Numbered from the stretch's first letter, positions 1 through 10,486 are shown. The stretch: 64,000 nt of DNA from Candidatus Bathyarchaeota archaeon (GCA_963733055.1 CAVTBR010000003.1:672001-736000), one strand, 5' to 3'. A program made the numbers and translations. The notes: generated by a model not told the origin, from the sequence alone.

Positions 1-825
1 AGGGCAGAAGACTACGAGGAACTGTATTACGCTGACCTACAAGCAGCCTTTGATGGTGTTGCAGAACATTACGACGAGCACATTCTCGGAAACCCCATGA
101 ACGTTTGGCTCCGCAACCGCTCCGTGAACTACCTATCCAAGATTTTCAAACCGGGAGAGGTCGTGCTCGAGATAGGCTGCGGAACAGGCACCGAGACCCT
201 TCTACTGGCCCAGCAAGGGCTGAAGATATTGGCTGCGGACATCTCGCCCAAGATGCTCGAAGTGCTAACAAGTAAAGCGAAAAGCGCCGGACTCTCTGAT
301 CAGATCGTCCCAATCCAGACGCGGACCTACTTGCTAAAGGAAAAGCTGGAGCAATTGGGCTATGGTAGAATTGATGGTGCATACTCAACATATGGTGCGA
401 TCAATTCAGAACCGAAGCTTGACCAACTATTCCAAGACCTACACTCGCTCATTCGCCCCGAAGGGCATTTGGTCCTCGGGGTTTGGAACAAGTATTGCTT
501 GTATGAAATGTTAGGCTATTCGCTCAAGCTAAGACCATCTATGGCTTTCGCACGATGGACCAACCCAGTTCCGGTAGGCAAGTCCAGGTTCTGCATCACG
601 TCATACGCCTATTCAGTCGGATCCTTGAAGAAACACCTAGGAACCATATTCAAACTGAAGAGAGTTTACGGCGTCGAAATATTACTCCCCGCCTCAAATC
701 TAATTCGATACCTACCACCAGAGCCGCTGCTTAGTCTCGTGAAGAGAGTTGACATTATGCTTGAAGCACACTATCCCTGGAACCGTCTCGGCGATCACTT
801 CCTCGGTGTGTATTCACGAGTCTAG
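1..825 (+). CDS. Class I SAM-dependent methyltransferase (5'-truncated by window edge)
   Basis: VLEIGCGTG motif I and DISPKML; frame is open from base 1 (RAEDYEELYYADLQAAFDGVAEHYD...). Confidence 0.85.
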   Translation, partial: RAEDYEELYYADLQAAFDGVAEHYDEHILGNPMNVWLRNRSVNYLSKIFKPGEVVLEIGCGTGTETLLLAQQGLKILAADISPKMLEVLTSKAKSAGLSDQIVPIQTRTYLLKEKLEQLGYGRIDGAYSTYGAINSEPKLDQLFQDLHSLIRPEGHLVLGVWNKYCLYEMLGYSLKLRPSMAFARWTNPVPVGKSRFCITSYAYSVGSLKKHLGTIFKLKRVYGVEILLPASNLIRYLPPEPLLSLVKRVDIMLEAHYPWNRLGDHFLGVYSRV

Positions 826-864
826 GAAAACTCCTAACTAGACCACCTTTATTCGAGTAAGTGA

Positions 865-1539
865 TCATGAGGAACAGAAATATCTCTCAGCATAGGTGCT
901 CCCGCATCTCTTACCGACCCCCCTGGCATGCTCCTCAAGAAGCACGCGGTGATCATTTTGAGTGAGGTACAGCTTGCTGAAAGAGAGTTTTCTTCTGAAT
1001 TGACTTTCTTCGAGAGGCCGGTATCGGACAGACAATTCCCCGCAACATTGCGATAACTCTCCGACACGTGTCTCGACTTCAACCTCAATGTCTTTCATTC
1101 TAGCAGCGTGAGGGAGGTCTTCGTAAAAACAAAGGCTTGGTCTTCGGTCACAACTTATCCAGTAATCGATCGCGGCACTCCGCACCGCTAGATGATCGGA
1201 ATGCGCAGATACACCAAGTGGACAGAAGACATGTCTGAATGTCCCTTGAAGGCCTTTAAGTTTGGTAGCGATTTGTCGCCCTTCAATCGGATAAGTTCGA
1301 ACGGATGAATCCTCCATCCATAGAAACTTGGATCTGACTCGAAGCCGGGTTAGTATGATTCTTTCTTCAGTCGTTCTCATGATTGTAACAATGTACTTTG
1401 GCAATAGCCCCCATTTCGTAAATCGAGAAACATTGAAGAAGACTACTGCAGTTCCGACCTCAGCATGGTCGAGTAGCGCGGAGAAGGCGGAGTATATGAG
1501 GTCATCCGGATGAGGAGCGAGGAAAAGGCTGGAAGTCAC
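865..1539 (-). CDS. PIG-L/LmbE family deacetylase
   Basis: FLAPHPDD and HSDH metal motifs, FYEDLPH; start reassigned to GTG 1539 because the longer ORF overlaps the divergent GT4. Confidence 0.8.
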   Translation of the reverse strand: MTSSLFLAPHPDDLIYSAFSALLDHAEVGTAVVFFNVSRFTKWGLLPKYIVTIMRTTEERIILTRLRVRSKFLWMEDSSVRTYPIEGRQIATKLKGLQGTFRHVFCPLGVSAHSDHLAVRSAAIDYWISCDRRPSLCFYEDLPHAARMKDIEVEVETRVGELSQCCGELSVRYRPLEESQFRRKLSFSKLYLTQNDHRVLLEEHARGVGKRCGSTYAERYFCSS

Positions 1540-1579
1540 GCAAATTCGTTCCTGGTTCGATTGGGAGATCAAATCTAGC

Positions 1580-2726
1580 TTGACGAATCTCGGAAAGTTG
1601 CTTGTACCTTGGTATAAGTACCCGCCGTTTAGGAAAGAAGGAATAGGCGGGCTGTCTGTTGCTGTCTGGGAACTGACACAGGAGCTCGCATCACAAGGAA
1701 CTACCTTGGACGTCTTAACTCGAACTGCCGATGTTGATGGCGGAGACATGCAACGAGGTGTCCGCGTCGTCCGTTCAGATCTAGGCGAAAAGTTCGCGCG
1801 AAATCAACCTTTGACGGAAAATGAGGGCAGGTTCCTGAATGATTATGACGCCATCCTATCTGTCAACAATTACGCAGCGCGAACACTCCGCTCGTACAGA
1901 CGAGGATTTGGTAGAATTACCAGGCAGATTCACACGATTGGGCAAGACCGTCGCATTGACACGTATGTATCCTTGAAACCAAGCGTTGTTGAACTCCTTA
2001 GGATGGTTGCGGCTAGGAGAAAAGATCGAAGGGACTTACGATCACTGAAGGGAAGCAAGACGATTTGTGTAAGCAGTTATTTGATGCACAAGATGCAAGC
2101 TGGGGTTTTGGAGGATCCCCGGAATCTGTACGTGGTGCCGAACGGCATTCAGAGCAAATCCTTTCGCCCCATGAATCTGGCCAAAGAATACGACCTTCTA
2201 TTCATAGGGCGATTTCAAAAGGCGAAGGGGCTTGATGTTCTCCTTCGAGCATTACACTTCATCCAAAATACGATGGGTGAAACTTACAAACTTGCGATCG
2301 TAGGGGAATTTACTAACGAACAGAGAACGCTCCTCACAGAGGACGTCCCAGAGATAGTAAGAGAAGGCATAGTGTTCTTGGGCACCCTTCCGCGGGAGCG
2401 TATGCCCGAGGCAATTAACCGTGCGAAGCTCATCGTCGTCCCATCGCGGTACGAAACATTTGGTCTTCCCGCGCTTGAGGCGATGGCGTGTGGTGTCCCG
2501 GTCTTAGCAACGAGGGTTGGTGGTTTGGTTGAAGTTGTAGATGAATCAGTAGGCGTCCTAGTCGAGCCAGATGATCACGTGGCCTTAGCTAGAGCGATTT
2601 ATACCTGCCTTGAGGATGCTTCATTGGCCGAAACGCACGCTCGCATGCGGCCCAACGAAAGTAGAGAAGTACGATTGGCGAGTGATTGCTCCCAAGATTC
2701 TAGAAGTCTTGTTCAAGAAAACCTAG
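1580..2726 (+). CDS. GT4 glycosyltransferase (apparent frameshift near 2630)
   Basis: LFIGRFQKAKG, PSRYETFGLPALEAMACGVPV; the typical C-terminus (EKYDWRVIAPKILEVLFKKT*) lies in the shifted frame ending TAG 2724-2726. Confidence 0.85.
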
Positions 2727-2746
2727 AGATAGTCGTCTGGTTCAAG

Positions 2747-3004
2747 TTACGCTATAAATTTGGTTCTCTGCTTCAGTTTTATGTTGGCGAGCTTATTCCA
2801 ATTCTGCAGGATCCGAGTTATGTCGTATCCGCACACCTCGACTATACCGGGGTAAGGATCAGTGGTGGGGGCGATTTTGATTCCAAGGCACTTCGAGCAT
2901 ATGAAGAAGAAGTAGGCTCTGCTTTTGGTGGTTATAGAAAACAAGATTCCCGTTCTCTCGATCAGGACCTTGAACATTGTCCGCTCGCAGATCAGCTTCC
3001 TCAT
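2747..3004 (-). CDS. Small hypothetical protein
   Basis: 85 aa; ATG overlaps the TGA of the upstream GT2 (ATGA coupling); one CxxC. Confidence 0.4.
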   Translation of the reverse strand: MRKLICERTMFKVLIERTGILFSITTKSRAYFFFICSKCLGIKIAPTTDPYPGIVEVCGYDITRILQNWNKLANIKLKQRTKFIA

Positions 3005-3757
3005 GCTTCGCCACTTACGCCCCTATTCAATCGTAACCAAGGAGCTGGTTTTACGAAGCCATGTAGGAACTTCAGATAGAATATCGGGACGTAGACAATG
3101 TTCTTCAAGTTTCGACTATTCAGGCTTAGCAGGACGATTACCTTCAAAGCCAAAAGTAGCTCTTTGTGATTGGAGTCAGGGAGAATCCTTGTGTTAGCTC
3201 CTTCCCATTCTGGTTTGAACCTTCGAAATTGCGAGCGGTGAATAATTGAATCATCGGCGTAAAAGGTTAGGAGGTTCTTCTTGTTCAAGCGCTTTTGGAT
3301 GAAGAATGTCTCTCTTGCATCAATATAGTCAGGTACAATCTTGCCCAAGAAGTCATTCTTACGCAGAATGAGTAAACTTGCTGGGAGACCGTAGCGGAAC
3401 CGATGGCCTAGGGCCATCCCCACGACTGCACCATACTGTCTCCGACTCAGAACTCAAGTCGCAGACTTCGAGAAAATCTCTTCTTACTATTTCAACATCG
3501 GAGTCGACGAATACAATGTATTTGGAATTTGTGAGGTCGAAGCAGAGTTGCCTCGCATGCCCTAGCCCTTTCGCCTCTGAGAATATTTCCGCACCGAATT
3601 CTTTTGCGATTTTAACAGAGCCATCTCTGCTCCGATGATCGACAACCAAGAGCCACGACTCGGGGGCGACTTTTCTTATGCTCTCCAAACAGCGTACCAA
3701 TGTTTTTGCCGAGTTGTAAGTGCACACGCAGATTGTCAGAGATCGATCGTCTGCCAA
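3001..3757 (-). CDS. GT2 glycosyltransferase (frameshift near 3460)
   Basis: ICVCTYNSAKTL, VVDHRSRDGS, FVDSD in ORF 3359-3757; continues in ORF 3001-3423. Confidence 0.8.
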
Positions 3758-3778
3758 CGTTATCGGTTTGCTCCGGCG

Positions 3779-4771
3779 TTAGGATTGGCTGCCGTATCGG
3801 CGCCAGGGCACATGCTTCTTCGAAGTGAGAATATCACCAATCGCAAGAACCGTGGAAAACGCTTCGCCGATCACGGCGACCGGCACGGCGAGAGCTAATT
3901 TCGGTGATTTCGCTGTGGCCCTGATAAGAATTGATAGGCTAAGCAGAGGGCTAGAGGCGAGCATTGATTCTGTTGTCCTCGGTGCTTGACCTATAGATCG
4001 GAGTATTTGGAAGTGCCCATAGAGTATTCGCCTGCGTTGCGCTAGCAGGTCGGAATACTTGCTCGGGACATCAATTCTGACCCGTGCTGATTCACAGAAC
4101 CTTATCGCGTAACCTGCCCGGTAAGCCTCTCCGGCCAAGAAAGCGCCATCGTTTACGGTATTCTCAGGCAATTTGCGAATGGCTTCGGACCTTACGACGA
4201 TTAGTTCGTCACAGCAGTGATTGTTTCGGTTCTCCTCGTTCAATGCGAACAGACATTCATTATGGACTCCCCACATCAGCTGGAGCACCGCCCCTGTAAC
4301 GCCTCTTATTTCTTCGATTACGGGAGAAGCCGACACCAGACCAACGTGCTTGTCTCGCGAGATGGCTGCTAGCAGCGTGGAGATGGATCCAGGTTCGGGA
4401 CGGGCATCCGAGTTGACGAGTACGAGAAATTGGCCGGTGAACGACTCGATTATCTGGTTAATCGCTTCAGCCTTCCCGCGTCGAGTCGGCTCCTCAACTA
4501 AGACTACGCTAGCATGGCTATTCGCAAATTCCCTGACAAATCTGAGCGCTTGGATGTCGAGGCCACTGCCGACGATCACGATCTTGTCCAGCACAAAGTT
4601 CTCGGGGTATGGTTCAGTCTCCAAGATCTTGAGTAATTCCTTGAGGTTTGAAGCATGATCGGCTGCACAAATGCCGATAGAAAATTCGGCCCCGATTAGC
4701 TTAGGTTGAGGTGTAATTAGACGTTGGCTCATTGACCGACCACACTCTTGCTTGGGAGGTCGATTACTCAC
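3779..4771 (-). CDS. GT2 family glycosyltransferase
   Basis: RRGKAEAIN, VLVNSD, TVNDG and QRRRI (QxxRW-like) motifs. Confidence 0.8.
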   Translation of the reverse strand: MSNRPPKQECGRSMSQRLITPQPKLIGAEFSIGICAADHASNLKELLKILETEPYPENFVLDKIVIVGSGLDIQALRFVREFANSHASVVLVEEPTRRGKAEAINQIIESFTGQFLVLVNSDARPEPGSISTLLAAISRDKHVGLVSASPVIEEIRGVTGAVLQLMWGVHNECLFALNEENRNNHCCDELIVVRSEAIRKLPENTVNDGAFLAGEAYRAGYAIRFCESARVRIDVPSKYSDLLAQRRRILYGHFQILRSIGQAPRTTESMLASSPLLSLSILIRATAKSPKLALAVPVAVIGEAFSTVLAIGDILTSKKHVPWRRYGSQS

Positions 4772-5720
4772 CCCAGAGTACGCGCAGCCACCTGTAGAAG
4801 TTCGAAGTGTAGATGCAGGAGTTGGAAGTCATTATTGGCTCAAAAACTCGCAGATCCTTGCCTTCGGACTCTAGCGTAAGGTTCGTGAGATAGGCGCGAA
4901 GTCGAAGGTAGCGACTCAAAATCAGGTAAGTAATTCCTTCCGCACAGGCGAGGACGAGTGAGAAGCTGCCCGAGTCACCTTTCCTATGGGCAACACCATT
5001 CAAGCCAGGGCCCAGTAGTTTCAATTTGCGTCGGTATGGTTTCGGGAAGAATTCTTCGACCCATTCATTATCTGCGAGCATCTTTCGGTATTCTTCTCTA
5101 CCTGCCACCGGTTGTGCTTTGAGTAGTTCGCGGGCGAAGAGTGAACTGGCTCTGCTCTTGCGAGATTCGTTCAAGAAGCCCTGTTCATCATGCACGTAGC
5201 TTAGGCAGAACTTGGAGAGGTGAGGGGGCCTAAGAGTCAGTAGCTTGTTTAACCTAACCAGTACCAGAGTGAGTAGTGCTGACATCCACAGTCGGTTTCG
5301 CTCGGTAACTATGAAAAGGTCTATGTCGTCCCATTTGGTCGCGCTTCCATATGCCACGCTACCGGTGACGGCGACGGTTCGGATAAAGGGAATCATTCGC
5401 GTCAACAGGTTCGCGAAGCTGCCCGCGGAATCTAATTTATCGGCTGATGCCCGCCCAGTTTCGGAACGGGATAGGCTAGTCTGATCCTCATTTGTGATGA
5501 GATAGCCGTCTCTAATTTTGAATCCGAGATCAGCAAATTTGCTATTATTTAGCATTGATTCGAGTTGCTGAGGAGTAATGCTGCATTTGGGTAGGAAATA
5601 GTCTGCGACCTCTTCCAAGGTGAAAGGAAAATTGAGGTATTCGGAAACCTCATAGACTTTCTGCAGTTCGGCGTGTACTTGTTCTAAGTCGTATAGATGG
5701 TTGGTTGTCACGCTTCGCAT
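4764..5720 (-). CDS. Pol-beta-type nucleotidyltransferase domain protein
   Basis: VAVTGSVAYG...DDIDLFIV (GS + DxD) motif. Confidence 0.7.
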   Translation of the reverse strand: MRSVTTNHLYDLEQVHAELQKVYEVSEYLNFPFTLEEVADYFLPKCSITPQQLESMLNNSKFADLGFKIRDGYLITNEDQTSLSRSETGRASADKLDSAGSFANLLTRMIPFIRTVAVTGSVAYGSATKWDDIDLFIVTERNRLWMSALLTLVLVRLNKLLTLRPPHLSKFCLSYVHDEQGFLNESRKSRASSLFARELLKAQPVAGREEYRKMLADNEWVEEFFPKPYRRKLKLLGPGLNGVAHRKGDSGSFSLVLACAEGITYLILSRYLRLRAYLTNLTLESEGKDLRVFEPIMTSNSCIYTSNFYRWLRVLWGE

Positions 5721-5822
5721 AACTTTTCACCTCTTCGGATTTTTCTAATTTTCCGGTTTGACCGAGCGGCTCGCTGAGCTGAGCGGTATAAAAGAGTTAC
5801 TACTATCGGTGTAGTAGCTTTT

Positions 5823-6305
5823 CTACCGCCTCTTAATTAGGAACGCTACTACCGCAAAAATCACAAGCCAAACTCCAGCGGAGATTACGTTCCAGAGACT
5901 AACAAACAAGTACCCAGATGCATCGGTAACTTGGAGTTGTAACGCCATTATTCTCCCACGAAGGTCATCCATTCCCGTCTGGTACGCGGTACTATTCCGG
6001 GGCAGACTCTCAAGGATCGTTGCACGCGCAATTATTCCATCTATATCATGCTGAATTTCACGAAAATCGGTCTTGTCGGTTGGAAACCACCATACCGGGT
6101 TTCCAGATTTGGGCAGGAGAAGCCGTCCGCGTTGCATATACGCGATCATATCTTCGGCAAAACCCGCAGTTTCGGCACGGTTGAACAAAGCGTTAGCCCG
6201 GTTGATAGCGTAGAAGGAGTTGTAGTATGCATAGTAGGACATCGATGCACCCACGACGATGATGGCCAGGAACGCAACTAATCCTAGAATTACTCGCTTC
6301 TCCAA
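5823..6305 (-). CDS. Hypothetical membrane protein (2 TM segments, extracellular helical domain)
   Basis: N- and C-terminal hydrophobic segments; starts 1 nt after the stop of the CslA-like GT2. Confidence 0.7.
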   Translation of the reverse strand: MEKRVILGLVAFLAIIVVGASMSYYAYYNSFYAINRANALFNRAETAGFAEDMIAYMQRGRLLLPKSGNPVWWFPTDKTDFREIQHDIDGIIARATILESLPRNSTAYQTGMDDLRGRIMALQLQVTDASGYLFVSLWNVISAGVWLVIFAVVAFLIKRR

Positions 6306-6306
6306 A

Positions 6307-7758
6307 TCAAACCTTCACCCGACCCGCAAATGAATGCAGGATCGTTAATCCAGCGACATAAATGAAACCCAAAGTTTGTGCCGCAAGATTCGGTATTAAT
6401 AGAAAGCTTCCCTTGATCAGAGCCATCAGAATCACTACGACTCCATAAGCCGCGAGCGCAATCTCTCCGCTTGTGACCCACGAAAACGGGACTGAGTAGC
6501 CTTTCCCCTTCCACGTATCGTGACCTCCGGTTATCCCGTATTTCGGCGTACGATCAAAGGAACCCTTGTAACCCAGCAATCCTTGGAAGAACCCGATTGA
6601 ATTCGTTAACGATATTCCTTCGCCGAAGAGGAGGAGGTACATGTAACGTGGCACCATCGAATACCAATTCTTCCCGTACATCTTCCTGATCGCATACACG
6701 TACGCGAGAGGTCCGAGGGTCAGCTGAGAAACTATCCCGGTAGTCGGGGAAAGGTCAAACCCCCAAGCGATTAAGAACGGGAGCAATAACAACTGCAGAA
6801 TGCTGAGTGGAAAAACGATGTGCCGCGTCAGCTGAAATAATGCCTGAATCTTTGTGCCCAACTTCAACCGGCTCTCAAGAACGTCTCCGAAAAATTTCCT
6901 AACACACTGGGCGGTTCCCTTAGCCCACCTGTACTGTTGTCTTCGCGAAGCGTTCATCTGTACTGGAACTTCCCCGTGAGTCAGCTGATCATCAACCAGA
7001 ATGAACTTCCAACCCTTCATTTGAGCTCTAAAACTCAAATCTAGGTCTTCGGCGAGCGTATCATGCCAACCGCCCGCATCTAGGATACAGTCCTTACGCC
7101 AAACTCCACCTGTACCGTTGAATGTCATGAAGAGTTCCGAGTAGCTTTTCGCGCGTTGTTCAATTAGGAAGTGAGCGTCCAAGCTGAGTGCCTGGGCCTC
7201 GGTTAGGGTTGAATAATTGTCGTTTAGGTGGCCCCATCTTGTCTGAACCATTCCAATCTCTTTGGACGTGAAGTAGGATAGGCTCTTCATGAGGAACTCT
7301 TTCGGGGGAAGAAAGTCGGCATCGAAAATAGCTATGAACTCTCCCTTCGCAGTTTTCAATGCCTCTTGAAGCGCCCCAGCTTTGTAACCCGTACGCGTGG
7401 ACCGATGAATGTAGAGTAGGTCTATTCCTTTGTCTCGAAACTCTTGTACCACATTCTTACAGATATCCGCCGTTTCATCTGTTGAGTCGTCTAGGACTTG
7501 TACTTCGAGTTTTGATTTTGGATATTCGACTTGGCACGTTGTTTCGATTATTCGCTTCGCGACATATCGTTCATTGTATATTGGTAGCTGGATTGTAACG
7601 TGTGGTAAGTCCGGGTTCGAGATCGGCAGAGGTTTGGGTTTTGAAGGGTTGCGTGATGATCTGAAGGTGAGATAGTAGAAGTTCGCCCCGTAGGCGAACA
7701 TGAGGGCTGAGATGACGGTATATACGCTGAAAAGTAATTCACCAAGCAAACTTACCAA
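6307..7758 (-). CDS. Processive membrane GT2, cellulose-synthase-like (CslA-like)
   Basis: QLPIYNE, DDSTD, GYKAGAL, IFDADF, AEDLD and QQYRW (D,D,D,QxxRW) with several TM helices. Confidence 0.9.
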   Translation of the reverse strand: MVSLLGELLFSVYTVISALMFAYGANFYYLTFRSSRNPSKPKPLPISNPDLPHVTIQLPIYNERYVAKRIIETTCQVEYPKSKLEVQVLDDSTDETADICKNVVQEFRDKGIDLLYIHRSTRTGYKAGALQEALKTAKGEFIAIFDADFLPPKEFLMKSLSYFTSKEIGMVQTRWGHLNDNYSTLTEAQALSLDAHFLIEQRAKSYSELFMTFNGTGGVWRKDCILDAGGWHDTLAEDLDLSFRAQMKGWKFILVDDQLTHGEVPVQMNASRRQQYRWAKGTAQCVRKFFGDVLESRLKLGTKIQALFQLTRHIVFPLSILQLLLLPFLIAWGFDLSPTTGIVSQLTLGPLAYVYAIRKMYGKNWYSMVPRYMYLLLFGEGISLTNSIGFFQGLLGYKGSFDRTPKYGITGGHDTWKGKGYSVPFSWVTSGEIALAAYGVVVILMALIKGSFLLIPNLAAQTLGFIYVAGLTILHSFAGRVKV

Positions 7759-7899
7759 TCCATCCGATCTTTGGCCGCATGATGGGCTCTCCGCTTCCCG
7801 TTAGACCGATTTATTACTATTATCGTAGTAGCAACCCTCTCACAAGAAATCCCAAGGCAACCAGCAACACTTGTTAATGCGTCTCAGGCCAACATAGCT

Positions 7900-7971
7900 G
7901 CGGCATGACGTGGATTGACCTGCACCGAGGCGACCTCACGCCAGATGAGGAGATGCATCTCCGCTGACCGC
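7900..7971 (+). ncRNA. Box C/D guide sRNA, predicted to guide 2'-O-methylation in 16S rRNA helix 34
   Basis: Terminal stem GCGG/CCGC; C-like ATGACGT 7905-7911; D' CCGA 7925-7928; hairpin GGCG/CGCC; C' ATGAGGA 7945-7951; D CTGA 7964-7967; both guides complementary to conserved archaeal 16S sequences recalled from memory. Confidence 0.75.
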
Positions 7972-8022
7972 GATAAAGACTTAAAGTGACATCTGAAACT
8001 CCTCGATTCCGAAGGTGCCCTT

Positions 8023-8619
8023 ACGCCAGATTCCCGCGATTACGTTGCGCCGAGTTGGGATGAAATTTACGACATGCTCGTAAGCTTAGCCATTAGAATA
8101 AAGGAGTCGGAGTTCAAACCGGATCTTATTGTGGGTGTATCTAGAGGAGGCTGGGCGCCCGGAAGGATTCTCTCAGACCTTTTGGCCAACACGCACACCG
8201 CGAATATCAAAATTGAATTTTATGTGGGCATCAGCAAGACGGCGCGGAAGCCAATAGTCACGCAGCCAATCAGCGAAGACATATCCAAGAAAAAGATCCT
8301 CATAGTTGACGACGTGGCCGACACGGGCGAAAGCCTCGTCGTGGCATTGGATCATATTCGCGAGAGGGGCGCTGGAGAAGTTAGGACTGTGACCGTTTAT
8401 CATAAGCCCCATAGCAAGTTCAAACCAGACTTCTTCGCGGAAACGACGAGCAATTGGATAGTTTTTCCGTGGGAAAGGTTGGAAACAACAATCCTCCTGA
8501 TTCAAGAAGCAAAAGCAGAGGGACGTAGCCTGGAGAGTGTTCGTGAGACGCTCCTCAAATGCAGGATTGACGAGAGGACCGCGAGCGCCCTTCTCAAACT
8601 CGCTGACGGCGGTACATAG
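8023..8619 (+). CDS. Purine phosphoribosyltransferase (HGPRT/XPRT-like); start uncertain, first ATG at 8074
   Basis: IVGVSRGG, LIVDDVADTGES PRPP loop, WIVFPWE; conserved-looking YVAPSWDEIY precedes the ATG. Confidence 0.85.
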   Translation, partial: TPDSRDYVAPSWDEIYDMLVSLAIRIKESEFKPDLIVGVSRGGWAPGRILSDLLANTHTANIKIEFYVGISKTARKPIVTQPISEDISKKKILIVDDVADTGESLVVALDHIRERGAGEVRTVTVYHKPHSKFKPDFFAETTSNWIVFPWERLETTILLIQEAKAEGRSLESVRETLLKCRIDERTASALLKLADGGT

Positions 8620-9185
8620 TGATATTCGAGCTCCCCCAACTCGGTCAATATGTGTGGATGTCAGCGTTCGACACTAAACCGCAAAATATCGAGCAAATGC
8701 TTCGGGGCGCTGGGGAGAAATATCCCGATACCAGCGTTCAATGCGTGGATTTGGATAAGATACCTGGAAGCCACTACCTCCTCTTGGCAACGGCTAACGC
8801 GCTCAAATCTCACACTTCAAGGCAACCAATTGCGAAATCTCTGGGGATGGAACTTCTCCTCTACATATCAGGCAACGGACAGATCAATGAAGCCCTAACC
8901 AAGGTCGGGGTCACTTCGGAAACAAACCGGACCGCGGTCCTAGCCGTAGGAAGTTCAAGTAATCAAGTCTCAGTCGCAGGAAGATACTTAGAGCAATTGT
9001 TTAGCCAGCAGGCAAGAGACGAGCTCCTCGATCGCTGGTCACCCGCCAGAATTGAGAACGTGCGTTTAGGATTTCAGATTGGAGACAAAGAACTGAAGGC
9101 GATGATCCGCAAAAAGGAGCCCATCACTAGCGCAATTGAGCGTCTGGCAATAGAGCGGTCGGCGATGCTTGCACTCAGGAATTAG
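8619..9185 (+). CDS. cgi121: KEOPS complex subunit Cgi121
   Basis: AKSLGMELLLYISGNGQINEALTKVG and C-terminal LAIERSAML. Confidence 0.8.
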   Translation: MIFELPQLGQYVWMSAFDTKPQNIEQMLRGAGEKYPDTSVQCVDLDKIPGSHYLLLATANALKSHTSRQPIAKSLGMELLLYISGNGQINEALTKVGVTSETNRTAVLAVGSSSNQVSVAGRYLEQLFSQQARDELLDRWSPARIENVRLGFQIGDKELKAMIRKKEPITSAIERLAIERSAMLALRN

Positions 9186-9190
9186 AACGG

Positions 9191-9718
9191 TTAGGTCTTT
9201 CGTTTCTCGCGTTCGACCGAAAGCGTATCATCCACCTTAAGCAAGGCAGCGCCCGCCAAATCTCCGATAACTTCTATCATAAGTATCCTATCCGGATGCT
9301 CTAGGTTGACAGTTCGTTCAATCTTTTTCGCTATCGTGTCAATTATCGTCTTGCTCGAAAGTCCGGTGTGACGTTTCTCAACCGTTATCCTGAACGTCTC
9401 CTTCTCTGCAATTCCCTCAGCCAACGCGAGAGCTGAGGATTGTATTGCCTCGAGCTTCGCTTCTGTAACAGTTTGAACCGGAACCAACTTCAGTGTGTAT
9501 TTGAACTCCCAAGGCCTTTCTTTTAGGAGCTCGCGAAGGTCGTGAATCGCTTTAACAACGTTGAGCTTGGTTTTGGCGACAACCAACCCTATGACTGATG
9601 TGGTTTCGATCGTTGACCCACGGTCTCCAACTTCTCCGAGGAGGTACCACATCTCGCTGCAAGTATTCTTCTCGTTTCCTCTACTGGTTGAGACGACCAG
9701 ATTGAAGTCTTTCAGCAA
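9191..9718 (-). CDS. THUMP-domain RNA-binding protein (Tan1-like)
   Basis: FNLVVSTSRGNE, TFRITVEKR, VNLEHPD..LMIEVIG. Confidence 0.85.
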   Translation of the reverse strand: MLKDFNLVVSTSRGNEKNTCSEMWYLLGEVGDRGSTIETTSVIGLVVAKTKLNVVKAIHDLRELLKERPWEFKYTLKLVPVQTVTEAKLEAIQSSALALAEGIAEKETFRITVEKRHTGLSSKTIIDTIAKKIERTVNLEHPDRILMIEVIGDLAGAALLKVDDTLSVEREKRKT

Positions 9719-9761
9719 CGAGATGACCCGAGACTAGCGAGAGATAGCTGTACATTAATAG

Positions 9762-10385
9762 CTATCTTGGCCTACGCTGGCGCAGGCAACGAATTATCTC
9801 CGACCTCTCTACCGGCCCCTCCCGCAAAATGGCGATTTTTGCTTGGGTTAGGTCCACAACCGTGGAGGCTACGCCGAGCGAGGATCTGCCTCCGTCCAAC
9901 ACAACGTCTACGCGGTCTCCGAGTTCCTTCAAAGCTTCTACCGCTGTCGTCGCCGGGGGTTTTCCCGAGAGATTTGCGCTAGTCCCTATCAGTGCACCCG
10001 AACAAAGTTCCAGTAAGTTCAAGCAAATGGGATGCTTCGGTGAGCGTACGCCTACCCTTCCCTCCGGTGCAAGTATTGTAGGGGCAATCTCTTGAGAGCG
10101 CAGAATCATCGTCAATGGTCCAGGCCAAAAACTCTCAGCTACTCGTCTCGCACGATCTGTCACTTGCGTAAGCCTTTCCGCATCTGCTAACCCTTTCACC
10201 AAGACAGGCGGTGGCCTAGTTCGATCTCCCTTTACCTCCAAAGTCCTCTTGATCGCTAATTCATTCAGGGGATCGCATCCCAAACCGTATACGGTGTCTG
10301 TTGGGTAGCAAATTACTCCACCTTTGGCGACCGTGTCTGCCGCGCTCGCCAACCCATCCAAATCCGCCTTCAATACGCGTACCAA
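9762..10385 (-). CDS. tsaC: Threonylcarbamoyl-AMP synthase, single YrdC domain (TsaC-type)
   Basis: YPTDTVYGLG, FWPGPLT, TSANLSG, STVVD, ILREG; no SUA5 C-terminal domain. Confidence 0.9.
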   Translation of the reverse strand: MVRVLKADLDGLASAADTVAKGGVICYPTDTVYGLGCDPLNELAIKRTLEVKGDRTRPPPVLVKGLADAERLTQVTDRARRVAESFWPGPLTMILRSQEIAPTILAPEGRVGVRSPKHPICLNLLELCSGALIGTSANLSGKPPATTAVEALKELGDRVDVVLDGGRSSLGVASTVVDLTQAKIAILREGPVERSEIIRCLRQRRPR

Positions 10386-10486
10386 AGGGGTCCACAGGCT
10401 TAAGCGAAGTATCGTTTCGCAAACTGCTTAAAGATTAGTCCGCGAGTCACGCTCACACTACTTCCGATCAAGCGAGGTGAGTCTGC

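Noticed and set aside
2727-3079. C-terminal extension of the 499-aa GT4 ORF
   Set aside because: Frameshift artefact; the family-typical end is at 2726 and the extension overlaps minus-strand genes
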